This document shows, one piece after another, positions 62,599-64,000 of a DNA stretch of 64,000 bases; the first letter of the stretch is position 1; the number at the start of each line of letters is the position of its first letter. The notes under the pieces were generated by a model. The model did no database searches. It worked only from the letters and a program-made list of their open reading frames with translations, and had not been told where the DNA came from. The translations under genes were made by a program, and so were the position numbers. Origin of the DNA: Podarcis pityusensis (lineage: Eukaryota); the NCBI GenBank assembly GCA_964106645.2, contig OZ067038.1; one strand, 5' to 3'.

Positions 62599-63365
62599 CA
62601 GGCATAGGCGAACTCGGCCCTCCAGATGTTTTGAGACTACAATTCCCATCACCCCTGACCGCTGGTCCTGTTAGCTAGGGGTGATGGTGTAGCCTTATGA
62701 GGCTGCACCAAGAAATGTAGCCTTATGAGGTTTTGCCCTCGGGTGGGAAAAATATTGCGCCTGGGAAAGGGAAATGGGAGTCAACAGACACTCGAGGAAT
62801 AGTTTCGGAGAAAAGGCTTTTTATTTCTACCATCCATGAACTGGTAGAAGGAGCAAGTGTGATAAATCACAAAAAGCATGCACAAAGTTCACAGTCATGT
62901 GCACAAGCATATATACCCCTTTCCAGTTCCCTCCTCCTTTCTCCTCCCTCAGGAGTCCTGCCCTATGTTGAGGTTCCTGAGCATGTACAGAAAGCTGTCT
63001 TGGGACTATTGTGGACTCTTGGCACCCTTCCCAGGAAAGGGGTTTCAGAGTGTTCAGATATGTTTCAATCTCTTGTTCTGGCATGGTTCCCGGACAGAAA
63101 GCAAGTTGCAATGTGGTTCTTTAGCAAGGCCAGAAGGCATGAGAAAGGCCTGAGAAACAATGGACTGTTCTCTACCTTTGTTACAGCAGAGCGGAATGTT
63201 TCTGATGCTTAGCTGCTGAGAAAATGATTTTGAAAAGTTTTGAGAAGCTTTGAGCCTGCTTTGGTGGGGGTGACTTCGGGCCTAGGTGAGGTCACCTGTC
63301 CTCACCTTCCTTCAATGGGAGTTGTAGTCCCAAAACATCTGGAGGGCCGAGTTTGCCTATGCGTG
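62599..63365. mobile_element. hAT MITE split by an LTR insertion (arms 62599-62687 and 63315-63365)
   Basis: TIR CAGGCATAGGCGAACTCGGCCCTCCAGATGTTTTG/CAAAACATCTGGAGGGCCGAGTTTGCCTATGCGTG; 8-bp TSD CACTTGTT/CACTAGTT. Confidence 0.85.
62688..63314 (-). mobile_element. Solo LTR, 627 bp, ERV1-like
   Basis: TG...CA termini and a perfect 4-bp TSD (ATGG at 62684-62687 and 63315-63318). Minus-strand TATA-like box at 62909-62915 and AATAAA at 62820-62825; begins TGAAGG on the minus strand. Confidence 0.8.
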
Positions 63366-64000
63366 CACTAGTTACTTTGATGCTGTGTTCCTGAAGCCTG
63401 GCTGGCGCATAAGCTGGGGCTCTTCTCTTGTTCCTAGAGAATGTGACTTCATGGGAAGAAAGTGGGCATAAGATCAACTATGCCTGATGAGAAAGCACAT
63501 CATGTGGGATGAAGCTTGTTTCTCTGAAATGGGGCTCAGCTAGAAGTGTTGTAGAAGCATGCAACTTTGCCTGAGAGGACACTTTTTCCGAAGGGGCTGC
63601 ACAAGTTTCATTCTTAGGCTGGCCCCCATTGGCCAGGCCCATTACCTAGGAGTCAGAATGCTGTGTGTTCTTTACCCTTTGTGATGGCATTGAAGGCACT
63701 GGGAGCTGTCTTAGGTTCCATTGCTGAAAGCCAGTAAGAGTAGGAACCCATTGTTGGATTTGACTGGCCAGATGGGATTCCTGCTTCTGTTGCTTCTCCT
63801 CACAGAGAGAGGGCTGTCCATGCCAAGTCTTCAAAGGTAAATCACTGCTTGGTGGTCCTGCACTCTCCATTAGGGGAAAATAAATAAATGTGTACAATGA
63901 ATTGTATACCTGACTCTTGCCACCCAGATATGGCATGGAATGAGGGTGAAGAAAAGTGGGTCATTTGAAATGAAAGCCACTTGCCTGCCTTTCTTTAGGA

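Noticed and set aside
62733-63212. 159-aa ORF with an apparent splice acceptor near 62952
   Set aside because: Lies wholly inside the solo LTR, on its antisense strand.
60400-64000. FREY1/C11orf94, expected downstream of PEX16 by synteny
   Set aside because: I could not find a signal peptide plus the C-terminal KRDGPD..EYYY-like motif; the gene may lie beyond the window or be too diverged to see.

Overview
This is vertebrate genomic DNA, most likely from a lacertid lizard (inferred from the Sauria SINE subfamily and squamate-type MITEs). It holds two complete spliced protein-coding genes arranged head-to-head. LARGE2/GYLTL1B lies on the minus strand: 14 coding exons at 16183->4673, 740 aa, with a probable non-coding first exon in the CpG island near 25.2-25.4 kb. 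PEX16 lies on the plus strand: 11 coding exons at 49180->60005, 344 aa. I assembled both by hand and every junction keeps frame. The first ~1.05 kb looks like the end of a plus-strand 3' UTR, probably PHF21A by synteny. The ~23 kb between the two CpG islands, and the introns, carry CR1 and L2 LINE fragments, Sauria SINEs, tRNA-CR1 chimeric SINEs, Tc1/mariner and hAT MITEs, and microsatellites. Almost all ORFs in the supplied track are spurious or are partial exon read-throughs. The most notable points are: a U12-type intron in PEX16 with a duplicated decoy 5' splice site; two GC-AG introns and a uORF in LARGE2; two tRNA-headed, CR1-tailed SINE families; and an ERV-type solo LTR nested in a hAT MITE, with a duplicated end and a possible PBS remnant. 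I found no convincing new gene system.
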